Source of the DNA: Obrimoposthia wandeli
Taxonomy: Eukaryota
DNA length: 64,000 bases
NCBI GenBank assembly: GCA_977020255.1
Contig: CDROCS010003826.1
Span: forward strand, 1 to 64,000
Direction of reading: 5' to 3'
Within the stretch, counting starts at the first letter, position 1; each line of letters starts with the position of its first letter. Of the stretch, positions 53,101-62,905 are shown piece after piece. The notes below the pieces were generated by a model. The model was given only the letters and a program-made list of their open reading frames with translations. It had not been told where the DNA came from and did not search any database. Both the position numbers and the translations under genes were made by a program.

Positions 53101-54919
53101 GTCCTCTCTCTGGACACACCGTTTTTCAATACGAACATGGTAACAACTTGAAAAGTTACTCTAAAACTGTACCTGATCTGTTGTGATATTTTATTGATCT
53201 TTTCATGAATTAAATAATGAATTTCGTTGAAAAACTCACTTGCATTTGGTTTGTTACAAAAAATCTTCTATAAACTTTCATTTATTATAAGAACTTCCCC
53301 ATATGTTTTTTTGTATAGCAATGTTCTGTTAATAAGACTAAATCATTTTATTTTATGTATATTTTAAAAAGCTAATATATTTTACAAATTGAATGAGTTA
53401 AGGTTTAAAGAGGCATCAGAGGCATTTTGAAGCCTAGAATAATATTTAATCTAAGGTGATACCTATTATTAAAGAAATCTTTAACCCCGGCTAGCTCCCA
53501 TCATGCCCAAATATAATCACTGAGCGCCAGGCTATAAGACTAATCTTGTGTGTAAATTTTAAATATATTTAGTTAAAAAAGTATATTCATACACATATAC
53601 TAAATTTTCTTGATTAGAAACTAAATATTTATCCAACACAAAATTGAGAATCAGTCTTGAAAAACAAAGGAATTACTAAAAACAGTACCAAAACATTAAA
53701 GATATTTATTAAACATCACAATTGTTACTGCAATTAAAGACAAACGCCAAAATGTATTAAAATAAAAGTTTGCATGCATTTAAAGTGATATAAATCCCGT
53801 ATTTATTTTCCTTTAGCAAATAATCTGAGTTATTTATAAATGCCATCCCTAAATATTTCAATAACTTACTTTCGTGAGATAGCGATGCCTCCTGGGGCCT
53901 AATTTCTCAAGTGGTCAAGAAAATCCCTTGGAAGTATTATGCTACTTCCTTCTAAGGCAATGGGGCCAGAATTTGGCATAGATGTAGTATTTTGATACAC
54001 TACTAAAGAAAAATGTTTATTTTGGGCCAATTTGATGATTAATTTTGAAAATTTTCAAATTGAGATTTTGTCGATGAGTTCTTATTGTACTAAATGTTTT
54101 AACAATTGTATATCAGTTTCATGTTTTAAAAAATATTTGAATACGAATGTGAATCAGCTGTCTTTACCCATTTAGGAGAACATTCTGTTAAAAGTATTGA
54201 TTCAAAGATTGGCATATTTCTATTGATATTTCGTCAATTTTTGAAACTTTGAGTTGATCGAAAACTATATGTATTTTATATGAAATAATTAAATATCCAC
54301 AAGATCCGAACAGAAATACGACAAGCATTGTAATTTTTAAATTATGTTAAATTTTTATTTCTTATGTGATTGAATAAATATAATTTATAATATTCAAATT
54401 AACGAACCTCGTAGTATCTGTCCACGCTGCACACTGATTATGAACATAAAAGAATCCAATCGTTGTTGGATTTAAAAATGATCCAATGTACGAAAATTCT
54501 TCAACTAATCCAAAACAACGACCATCCTCATCTAAATAAGCATTCGCAATTCCGTTCAGACAGACTTTACCGTCCGTACCTAAAATTTTTCCACCATCCT
54601 TCAATTTTCTTGTAACATCAACACTAATAACTTCTCCTTTGAATATTTCAGATTCTATTTTGACATTCAAATTGTTATACGTCCCATTATCTTCCACCTT
54701 TATTAAATCCCCTTGTCCAAAATTTATTTCCTCTCCTAATCCACATAATGAGCAGATCTTCTCTTTAAATCTTGTTACCACACATTCATTTTTAATTTCT
54801 TCAACTTTACAATTAATTTGAGTTTCAATAATTTCTTCACCTGCAATTTTAATTTTTATACGTTTTGGATTACATTTTAAACTATCAGAAAAATCCAAAT
54901 CTTTATTTTCATCAAACAT
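25677..54919 (-). CDS. KMT2C: KMT2C/D (MLL3/4)-family gene, N-terminal PHD/HMG half; 22 exons, ~2,700 aa if the last exon is terminal
   Basis: ePHD ([13 protein letters not shown]), PHD1-3, PHD4-6, [14 protein letters not shown] motif and HMG box ([19 protein letters not shown]) in MLL3/4 order. All exon phases join without stops. The symbol denotes the C/D family. Confidence 0.93.
26480..27290 (+). mobile_element. Decayed hAT-Charlie (GTF2IRD2-like) transposase remnant in intron 21
   Basis: ICADSALSV.. and [23 protein letters not shown] resemble the CTDGA and LDxVVKIVNFI segments. Confidence 0.6.
27564..27922 (-). CDS. KMT2C: KMT2C/D exon 21
   Basis: TTCCAG acceptor, GTTAGT donor, phase 1/0. 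Confidence 0.83.
31361..32488 (+). mobile_element. Tigger/pogo-type (TcMar) element, internally deleted, in intron 20
   Basis: TA/CAGTAGATTTC..GAAATCTACTT/TA imperfect TIRs. HTH-psq and CENP-B-like remnants ([23 protein letters not shown]; [12 protein letters not shown]). Confidence 0.82.
31925..32124. repeat. 66-bp tandem repeat x3
   Basis: GAATTCGCTGGTGAGG recurs at 31935, 32001 and 32067. Confidence 0.95.
32925..33543 (-). CDS. KMT2C: KMT2C/D exon 20 (poly-Gln)
   Basis: ATACAG acceptor, GTGAGT donor, phase 0/1; long CAG/CAA tract. Confidence 0.85.
33019..33330 (-). repeat. CAG/CAA coding repeat (poly-Gln)
   Basis: Near-continuous Gln codons in exon 20. Confidence 0.93.
35195..36295 (-). 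CDS. KMT2C: KMT2C/D exon 19 (Gln/Pro-rich; LRDML motif)
   Basis: 367-codon open frame; GTGAGA donor at 35194. Confidence 0.85.
36874..36948 (-). CDS. KMT2C: KMT2C/D exon 18 (HMG end)
   Basis: TTTCAG acceptor, GTGAGA donor; NKSRMNK continues the HMG helix. Confidence 0.78.
37100..37557 (-). CDS. KMT2C: KMT2C/D exon 17 (HMG box)
   Basis: [39 protein letters not shown]. Confidence 0.93.
38130..38930 (-). mobile_element. Merlin (ISXO2/IS1016-like) transposase remnant in intron 16
   Basis: [56 protein letters not shown] motifs read on the minus strand with stops. Confidence 0.8.
39760..40245 (-). CDS. KMT2C: KMT2C/D exon 16
   Basis: Pro/Gln-rich, PPPPY motif; TCCAG acceptor, GTGAGC donor, phase 1/1. 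Confidence 0.83.
41078..41852 (-). CDS. KMT2C: KMT2C/D exon 15
   Basis: Long GC-rich open frame, canonical flanks, phase 0/1. Confidence 0.85.
42046..42648 (-). CDS. KMT2C: KMT2C/D exon 14
   Basis: LGVGGF and [20 protein letters not shown] conserved MLL3/4 motifs. Confidence 0.9.
42748..42842 (-). CDS. KMT2C: KMT2C/D exon 13
   Basis: CCGCAG acceptor, GTGAGT donor, phase 1/0 fits neighbours. Confidence 0.75.
42949..43079 (-). CDS. KMT2C: KMT2C/D exon 12
   Basis: [11 protein letters not shown] resembles the conserved QDGVCLTESG segment of MLL3. Confidence 0.82.
43391..43455 (-). CDS. KMT2C: KMT2C/D exon 11 (65-bp exon)
   Basis: TGTAG acceptor, GTAAGT donor; phase yields [16 protein letters not shown] across the junction. 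Confidence 0.75.
43510..43893 (-). CDS. KMT2C: KMT2C/D exon 10 (PHD6)
   Basis: [42 protein letters not shown]. Confidence 0.93.
44029..44199 (-). CDS. KMT2C: KMT2C/D exon 9 (PHD5)
   Basis: [35 protein letters not shown]. Confidence 0.95.
45470..45649 (-). CDS. KMT2C: KMT2C/D exon 8 (PHD4)
   Basis: [31 protein letters not shown]; this frame is not in the ORF track. Confidence 0.92.
45990..46267 (-). mobile_element. hAT-Charlie deletion fragment
   Basis: Terminus CAATGGTTCCCAAATGGTGTGCCGCGG directly followed by C-terminal [22 protein letters not shown]. Confidence 0.7.
48740..49960 (+). mobile_element. hAT-Charlie/Buster (ZBED5/SCAND3-like) transposase remnant in intron 7
   Basis: [41 protein letters not shown] motifs; multiple frameshifts. 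Confidence 0.9.
50112..50684 (-). CDS. KMT2C: KMT2C/D exon 7 (Ser-rich linker)
   Basis: Open GC-rich frame, TTTGTAG acceptor, GTGAGT donor, phase 0/0. Confidence 0.85.
50771..51070 (-). CDS. KMT2C: KMT2C/D exon 6 (PHD3 end)
   Basis: [20 protein letters not shown]; donor GTAAGT. Confidence 0.83.
51325..51474 (-). CDS. KMT2C: KMT2C/D exon 5 (PHD3 start)
   Basis: [17 protein letters not shown]; donor position uncertain. Confidence 0.8.
51575..51740 (-). CDS. KMT2C: KMT2C/D exon 4 (PHD2)
   Basis: [30 protein letters not shown]. Confidence 0.93.
52417..52591 (-). CDS. KMT2C: KMT2C/D exon 3 (PHD1)
   Basis: [28 protein letters not shown]; AG/GT flanks in phase. Confidence 0.93.
52901..53160 (-). 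CDS. KMT2C: KMT2C/D exon 2 (C-half of extended PHD)
   Basis: [28 protein letters not shown]; donor GTGAGC; acceptor position less certain. Confidence 0.88.
54408..54919 (-). CDS. KMT2C: KMT2C/D exon 1 (start; N-half of extended PHD)
   Basis: [14 protein letters not shown] and HNQCAAW; donor GTTCGT; AT-rich. Confidence 0.8.
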
Positions 54920-55599
54920 TGTTTATTTTGTATTTATAATTTTTTTATTTTCTAAAATTGCGCAAAAGGTTAAACATAATTATAAACTAAAACAATATAA
55001 AAATAAAAATATTACCATATCATTTTACTTTGTTAAATGAGCTCTTACTTAAATTTATTTTTAGAAAGAAGTTTGTATAAAATTAGTATAAAAACATTCT
55101 ATAAAATTTTAAAATAATGGAACGTTAACTTATGATTGAATATTATAATTTACATTTTTAACAATTATCTTAGGTGCAAATGTTAAATCTTAGCGGAGAC
55201 TTCCACGTAAAAATAATTTTCTTACTTATGCATTCTATTAAATTTATCTACATTATTTTCTTTAAGAGATCAAAAGAAGATTTGGTCTCATTATGTGTAA
55301 TTACAGTGTGATTTCCCAGACAAACATTTTTCCAACTGTTGGTTTTGGCATCAAATACTAAGTATATTTGATAATAAATTTCGACTTAATGTTCTCTGAA
55401 TATTATTTGTAATTGTAAAATAAAATATTTCAAGTGATTCAACGAAATCATTAATTAATAATAAAATATAATAATAACGACTATTGCATAAATTTAAATT
55501 ATAAAATATGAAAAACTACCGTCACTCAGCAAACTATTTATATTAAATTGGATTATGCAATATACAATTCAATGCTACTAATGACTCATTGATCTCACA

Positions 55600-57500
55600 T
55601 TACGTAACCGACTTAATCATCTACCAAAAGAATCTAATTCAATTTCGTAGTCTTGAAGTATTTTGGAGGTCTTCGTGCTCTGCTCCCACTAGTGACGATA
55701 TCATAGTCCTCTATATTCTCGTCGGTATTTTGTTGATCAGCATTAACTTATAGAACTTCACTTTCATTGATAAGATTGGTTTTTCTAGGCTTGAGATCTG
55801 CAATATGCCTTGAAAAACTAACACCATCACAATCAACCAAATATTTATTATCAGTCAATTGTTTAATTATTTCTCCTTTTAACCATCACTTCGTGCATTG
55901 CGTTTCCAATGATGGCTTGACCCAAACTAATTCATGATCTACAATTTTTTAATAATATCAATATTACTTGGTATCCCTGTAAACCTCTTGGTTTGTAATT
56001 ATAAATACTCCAGCTTGGGAGCTCTTTTGCAAGGCATATTATTATACCACCAAACTGTCTCTTCAGTTGAAATCATTGACATTGTTGCAATCCGTTTAAT
56101 TGTGCGATGGTCTCTTTCAACAATTATATTGCAGCTAGTTCGATTAACAACTCTGTAAATTAACCTTACATTCCATATTTTCATTAAATTATCGAACTTC
56201 TTCGAATAAAATGTAGTGTAATTATTTATTATCAATTCAACTGGAGATGCTCGTTCATAAAATACACTCTGGAGCACTTTAACTATCTCATTTTCACTCT
56301 CATTAGCTATATATTTCCAAATCGCAAAACGAGACGGACCATAATCTATAATACTTACGTATTTTACACAGTTAAATTTTGTTATATCAACCGCCAACCT
56401 GATCCCGTTCTCTTCTACATAAATGTTTACTTTATTCCATTTTACCAAAGCAGAATCAATTGACTGACATTCTAAAAACTTTGCTATAATAATTTTAATG
56501 GCAAATTTTTTATTCAAATATTTTGTTGATTGTACAAAAATTTCATTCTTTTAGCTTCCAGATGACGTTTGTTATGCAATTTTTATAATTTTTCAATCTC
56601 TTCTTGTATCGATACCTTTTTGTAGCCTGGTTAATTCGTCTGCTTTATTTTCTCAACTTGTCACGTATTTGATTTTAAAATCTATACGATATTCATCTCT
56701 CAGCTCCTTTATCATACATTGAACTTAACCAAGACACTTCTTAAACTCGAATATTTTTAATTTCTAACACCACCCCTAATGCTATTGAACTTGCATCATA
56801 CGATAGCAATCCTTCTTTACATCTTACAATACTCCTAATACCACGGCAAGGATTATTAATTTCATTTTCTCTAATATCCAACCAATTTTATTAACAATTA
56901 CCCGATCAACTGGATCATCCCAATTTCCATTTGTAGATATTTTCAGGTATGAACATGCTGTTCTCAGCCATTTTGCAACCGGAAATATACCCGTTAATTG
57001 AACACACAATGAAAGCAAATCAAGTTTATTCATGTCCATTATTCTGATCTTATTAGCTCTTCCCATTTAACTGTACTATTAAATTCATTACGTTTATACC
57101 AAGAACCCTTACCTTATCATGTGAATTAATTCTTTCTGGAATAATTCTAAGCTATTTTTTAGAAATTCTCATACATTCTCATTCATTATTATGGATTCAT
57201 AAACAAATATATCATAAATATATGATTCAGTAACTTTGAATATTTTTGAATCGTTAGATAACACTTTTCGTACAATTTCTGCCATTATTGTGAGTACTGT
57301 ATTAAGACCGAAACCCATTCCATTTAATTCGTATTTCTTTCCATTAATTACGCAAGATTGGTACCGTCACATTGAAGGACATATGCGTCACAACATATGC
57401 GTTTGACAAATCGAAAACAGACAATTCAAAACTTTTGCTACTCCAATCTAGCCATGTTTCATTACACACATTGGATGCTCCACTATATGCATCAATATAC
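55600..57500 (-). mobile_element. Ty3/Gypsy fragment A1 (RT, RNase H, integrase), decayed
   Basis: FDLSNAY, MGFGLN, WLRTACSYLK, DASSIALGVVLE, then integrase LAVDITKF..IIDYGPSRFAIW..VERDHRTIKR (55999-56517). Confidence 0.85.
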
Positions 57501-57549
57501 TTATTTAATACACTAAAGTACACCTTTTCATTTACTTCAAATATCTTTT

Positions 57550-58715
57550 CTCTTCTTTCATTGTGTAACTTTTTTAACTTTTTAGCTGCGATTTGTTGGT
57601 TCTTCCTTACGCCTTGAATGATATTTTCTTTATTGTTTGTTGTTGTATTTGATGATTGAATTTTTCTTTTTCTTCAATAAATGACCTCAAACGGTGAATG
57701 TTTTGAAGAACTTTTTACTATTGCATTTATAACAAATTCAATTTGTGGCAATAAATCGTGCCAACGTTTTTCTGTTTTATTATACGCTATTGCCGTTACA
57801 ATCATATATCTTACCGTGCGTATAACTCTTTCTGCTAGAGTCTGAAAATTTTAGAAAATTTTAGAAAAGGTTGAGAACTACTGTGCTAGACAGTTAGATT
57901 GGTGTTGATAAGGTGCTGTAAGCTCTTGTTCAATCCCAAATTTCCTATCCAATTCTGAATATAATTTCCAGGAAATATTTATCCTCAATCTGTTAAAATA
58001 CTCTTTGGTTTTCCAAATTTATATATCCAATTTGTCTCGAGGGCTTTAGTAATTGTTATTTCATCTTCTTTCGAGGTTGCTGATAGTGATACCAGTTTAC
58101 TAAATCGATCAATTATTATTAACATATATTTCTTTTCAGATCTTCCTTCCTTCATGTGGGCTATATCGACAACTATTTGAACTAAAAAAATTCTTTGATT
58201 ATAGGAATATATATTTCTTTTGTTCTGCTTGTTTCAATTTTTCTTTTGGCACAGTAAACGCACTTTGATATACATTCTTTTATTTCTTGAAACATTCCTT
58301 TTAAATAGAAGTTATCTTTCATATAGTTATAAACTTTTTGTATTCCTAGGTGACAAAGATATTGGTGAATTTCATTAATAATTTCATTAGCGTTCTTCGG
58401 AGGTATGACAATTAAATCTGTGAAGTTTTGTTCAAAATAAAGAATATCATCACAGAGTTTAAGTTTCTCTCTTATCTGATAAATCCGACTTCTTTTACAT
58501 TCTTCTGATAAACCCTTACTTTCCAGTTGGAGGAAAACTTTCATTTCTGTCACATGAATATCTTCTTGTTGTATTTTCCTTATCTTACTCAAAAAATTGT
58601 CTTCATTTAGTGAGTTAATATATCGTATTTTAGATCTCTTCTCTTGTGCATCTATATATTTAGTTTCACACTGAGCCATACTGTTTCATTTAATTTTGAC
58701 ATACCATCGGTATTA
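57550..58715 (-). mobile_element. Ty3/Gypsy fragment A2 (RNase H end, HHCC zinc finger, integrase core) of a different lineage
   Basis: NTDGMSK, IHQYLCHLG..CVYCAKRK, IIDRFSKLVSL, FGKPKSILTD, ERVIRTVRD, HSPFEVIY. Confidence 0.83.
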
Positions 58716-58785
58716 AGTAGGTGGATGTGTCCGGTCTAATCCACCCATACCTCTACCGCGGGGGTCTACCACTGTTCTTTAAAAC

Positions 58786-58867
58786 CGTGCATGTGTGTGG
58801 AGTGAAATTTCGTGCATGTGTGTGGAGTGAAATTTCATGCATGTGTATGTGGAGTGAAATTTCGTGC
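58786..58867. repeat. 25-bp tandem repeat x3 in the Maverick subterminal region
   Basis: CGTGCATGTGTGTGGAGTGAAATTT at 58786 and 58811, with a 27-bp variant at 58836. Confidence 0.93.
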
Positions 58868-59172
58868 CCTCCACATTTAAAAAATTTTTACCGCTAATCT
58901 CAAAGGTGATTAGATCAGACCACGGGAATTTATATTGACCCCAGTGGCTTATTGCAGACGAGATTTCAAATAATATGTTTATGTGAATATATAACTACTA
59001 TTTTTAAGAAAGATTTTAGATTACTACATGTTTTTTTAAAATATCTTGGTCAGTTTTATAGGAGAAAAAATAGGTCAGATCTATATAATTTAGAGGAGAA
59101 AAACAAAATACGAGTCAAAATTCTTTTCAAAACATTTATTAAATCAAACATCAAACACCATATTGACTTCAC

Positions 59173-59451
59173 TCAAAGTCCAAGAGACTGCATTTTCCAG
59201 TCATCAGCAAAATATCCATTGAAATGTATTGAGACATTCCATAATTCTTCATCTAAAATTGGAGCAATCAAATATCCTAGATCATCTCTAAAAGCTAGAC
59301 TCGGATCAGTTTCAAGCTGGAAATAATTTCCTTCATATACATAATCAGGAATGTAAAATCCCAAAATATCTTTCAATTGATCAATATCAGATGTTGTTAA
59401 AATTTCGATGAGATATTTATTCTCCACTTTTGATAATTTCACAGGATTCAT
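59173..59451 (-). pseudogene. Maverick unknown gene, paralogue of 232-657
   Basis: Frame extends upstream (ILKRHQIIQVMNPV); the likely start MDPLLRY near 59555 is also seen at the window start. Confidence 0.6.
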
Positions 59452-59615
59452 AACTTGTATAATTTGATGCCTCTTTAATATATTACAAAGTTTTCCATTT
59501 GAAATTCTTTCTGGAAAAATAAAAATTTCCTACATATCTCAGAAGAGGATCCATTCTAAAATAAGGAAACTGATTAAAAAACAATGTTTATAAAAAATAC
59601 ATATAAGATACAAAT

Positions 59616-59704
59616 TGAAGTGAAACTAATAACAAGTTTTATTCAACTAAATTTGAAAAGTGCTAATATCTAGAAGACTAGATATTAAAACAAAGTTCAT
59701 CACA
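59616..59704 (-). repeat. 3' LTR of Gypsy B (89 bp, TG..CA)
   Basis: TGTGATG..CACTTCA follows a purine-rich tract (AGTGACGGAGAA) and contains AATAAA. Maverick homology stops exactly at its edge. Confidence 0.72.
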
Positions 59705-62110
59705 TTCTCCGTCACTAAGATTTGACTGGTCTACGTAATCGATGAATTTGGTTGGAGCTTGTCGTTGCCTTGATGATTTATATACGTCGTTGGTTTCTCC
59801 GATTTATTCATTCGTGGATTCAGTCTCATTTGGAGAATCGTTAAGATGACTGTTGCTGGGAATCTCTATGGATTCAGTAGGTTTATCTTTTGGAAGAGGA
59901 GCAAGATCTTGAGTTGACACCGTGTCTATTTTTCTGTTTTGGTTTTTTATTTGGGAATTTTTTGTTGATAAGCCTCGATAAGATCGACCTCTTGTAACGA
60001 GGGCTCATATTTATAGTCTTTTACGTATCTTCTTAGAAGTACGTTTCCTGGTTTGTTTAGCCATATGGGCAGGCTTCTTCCAAATGCTGATTGTCTTTCG
60101 TGATTAAAAAGTCTTTTATGTGGAGTGCAATTTGTGGAGGTGCACAGTAACGATTGAATAGAATATAGCGCTTCTTGCAACACCTCTTTCCATGAAGATG
60201 GGGTTAGGTTTCTGCTGTGTAGAGTTAAAGATATAGTTTTCCAGAGTGTCCCATTTAGTCGCTCTACTTGGCCATTTTCTGATGGATGATATGGTGTGGT
60301 TCGGGTTTGGGCGACGTTGTGCTTCGTTAAGAATTTCCTGACTTCTTGACTCATAAATTTGGTACCTCGATCGGTGTGAATTGACGAAGGACACCCGAAC
60401 GTGGAGAAGAGATCGAGGAGGCACGTTTTTACTGTGTGTGCTTCCATGTTTTTGCAGGGGTAGGCAAACGGGAATCTGGAATATTCGTCTATCATCACTA
60501 GGAGGTATCGGTAAGGGCTGGATTGAGGTAGCGGTCCTTTGAAGTCTATACTCAATCTTTCAAAGGGTCGCGTCGATTTTATTAGCTGTGACATCTCGGG
60601 TCAGTAGTATTGTGGTTTGAGTAATGCGCATGTTTTGCAATTTTCAGAAACGTCTCTGACTTCCTTTATAGATAATGGGATGTTTTTGCTTCTGATGAAA
60701 TGCCAGGGCCTCGTAATTCCTGGGTGGTCCAACACTTGATGGATTTCAAGAACTGTTTGGATTTGATCGTGTTGCATCTCGACATTGCGTCTGCAGCTAG
60801 ATTGAGTTCGCCTGGGATGTGTGTTACGTTGTAGAATTATAAGGTCAACTCAATTCTCCATCGAAGAATTTTGTCATTTTTAGTTTTTCCATTTCTCTTT
60901 TGATTGAAGATAAATGAAAGCGCCTTTAGGTCAGTTTTGATTGAAAAGTAGTTCGTGATCAATATTGATCTCCATTTTTGCTCACTTTTGACGATCGCCA
61001 TGGCTTCTTTCTCGATTGAAGATAATCTTTCTTCGTTCGAGTTCAGGGTTATGGAGAAGAAGGCAATAGGTTTATCTTCTTGCAGCATGACTCCTGATAA
61101 GGCGGTTTTGAAGCGTCCGTTTGATTTTCAATCGGGATATTGAGTTTGATTGGAGATAGTGTGGATGATAAGATTTCCTTTTTCAGTTGAGAGAGTGCTG
61201 TTTTTGCTGACAGGGGCAGAGGAAATGTTGCTTTCAGAAGAGGTTGGATTTTGTCTGAAAATGATGGTATCCATTTGGCATAATAGTTCAGGAGTCCACA
61301 TAGTCTGCAATTCTTTTGTATTGGTTGGTAATGAGTAATCAGTAATTGTTATCAGATAATATCTTAGAAAATTTATGGACTTTTTTCGAAGCAAGCATTT
61401 ATCCAAGGTTCTTGATTTAGTTCAAAATCCATGAAACAGAACGTTGTAGAGGAACCCAGAGATATTGGCATATTTTGGCATGATAATTTGATGCACTTAA
61501 CTTTGATTCTGTCGATAAAACTGAGTTCGCTCCCACTGTCGATTTGTGCATCGTGATACCCGTCAAGAATCTTTATTTGTTCTATTGCTTTCGGAGTTCT
61601 GTAGGGGATTTGATGGCTGCATTTCCCAGATGTCTCACTGTGTTGATTGTATCTTTCTTTCTCGACAGACACACGCTGGAGAAGTGTCCTGTTTTCATGC
61701 ATTTGTTGCACGTTGCATTTTTTGCTGGACATCGATTTCTTACATGATATTATTTTCCTCAGAAGTAACATTTCCCTCGTTTTTGGACTACTGCTGCTGT
61801 AAGAAATTCTGACATTTCTTTTGATTGCGGGATGTTATGTGTTGTTACCGCGTCTAAATGTGTTGATCTTCTAACATAAGCGTCTAAGTTCTCCATAGCA
61901 GCTTCCAGAGATTGAGCTTGAGAGATTGCTTGAGTTAGACTCAGTTCTTCGTTTTCTAGAAGTCTTTGCCGAGTTGACTGCAGTTTAATTCCTGACACGA
62001 AGGCGTCCCGGATATACTCGTCTCGGTGTACTTCTGCCATGGTAGTTTTGAAGTTGCAATTTGTAGCGAGAAATTGTAGAGCAGTCACAAAGTCTTCAAC
62101 GATTTCTTCT
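59616..62110 (-). mobile_element. Ty3/Gypsy element B (gag, protease, RT mostly deleted, RNase H, integrase, 3' LTR)
   Basis: RDAFVSGIK..RQRLLEN gag, CCHC knuckles, IDSGSELSF protease, IEKEAMAIV RNase H, SIDFKGPLP..IDEYSRFPFA..NGQVERLNG integrase. Confidence 0.93.
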
Positions 62111-62352
62111 AGTAGGTAGATGTGGCATTCTGGAACAAAGCCCCCTAGCGAAAACGGATTTTTTTTTGAAATTTGAGCGAAATTTGAAAAATGTAGGTCA
62201 AAATATTTGAAATTTGCGCAAAATTTTAAAAATGTAGGTAAATTTTTTTGAAATTTGCGCGAAATCTTTGAATTTTACACGAAATTTTTTGAAATTTGTG
62301 CGAAATTTCAAAATATATATATATAAATTTATTATTTTTTAATGTCAGATGT

Positions 62353-62446
62353 AGGTCAAGGTCAAATTTCTCCCAAGTACACTTGATTTTTGATTTTATT
62401 TTTTTTAAAGTCATGACCTCATAAGGTCAAGGTCATGACGTCATGA
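62353..62446. promoter_or_regulatory. Candidate regulatory cluster in the Maverick terminal region (AGGTCAAGGTCA x2, TGACGTCA)
   Basis: AGGTCAAGGTCA at 62353 and 62424; 14-bp palindrome TCATGACGTCATGA at 62433-62446. Function inferred from motif identity only. Confidence 0.4.
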
Positions 62447-62905
62447 GGACAACGTATTCATTTAAACTAAATTATCTACTTATAAAGTTAAGAATTATAA
62501 AATTTGATAAATATGTTTAAACTAAATTAAATTAAACTAAATTAAACTATCTACTTATAAAATAAAGTAGTATATAATTTGATAATCATGTTTAAACGTT
62601 CGTGTATCTATCTAACAAAGACAGTCACGTACTGCATCTATATTGCAAATACTTGCATCTTTATGTAATCAATAGTAACAAGTCATGTACTACATTTATT
62701 CTTATACAGGCATGTATGTGTGTGTGTCTAAAAAAGACAATCATCAATACCTACAAAGACAGTCACGTTCTGCATCTATATTGCAAAAAACCTGCAACTT
62801 TATGTAAATACCAATAATCATAAAATAAAGACAAGTATTTCTGAGACATATATTCCTTAAAACCACAAAGGAGAGTAAAAATATATACAAACACATATAA
62901 AAAGT

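Larger units (their letters stand above)
58716..59615. mobile_element. Maverick copy B left end (same family as copy A)
   Basis: Starts AGTAGGTGGATGTG, interrupting Gypsy A2. 59535-59615 matches bases 4-69. Ends at the Gypsy B LTR. Confidence 0.78.

Noticed and set aside
58786-58867. 25-bp repeats as CRISPR
   Set aside because: Head-to-tail with no spacers; subterminal Maverick repeat.
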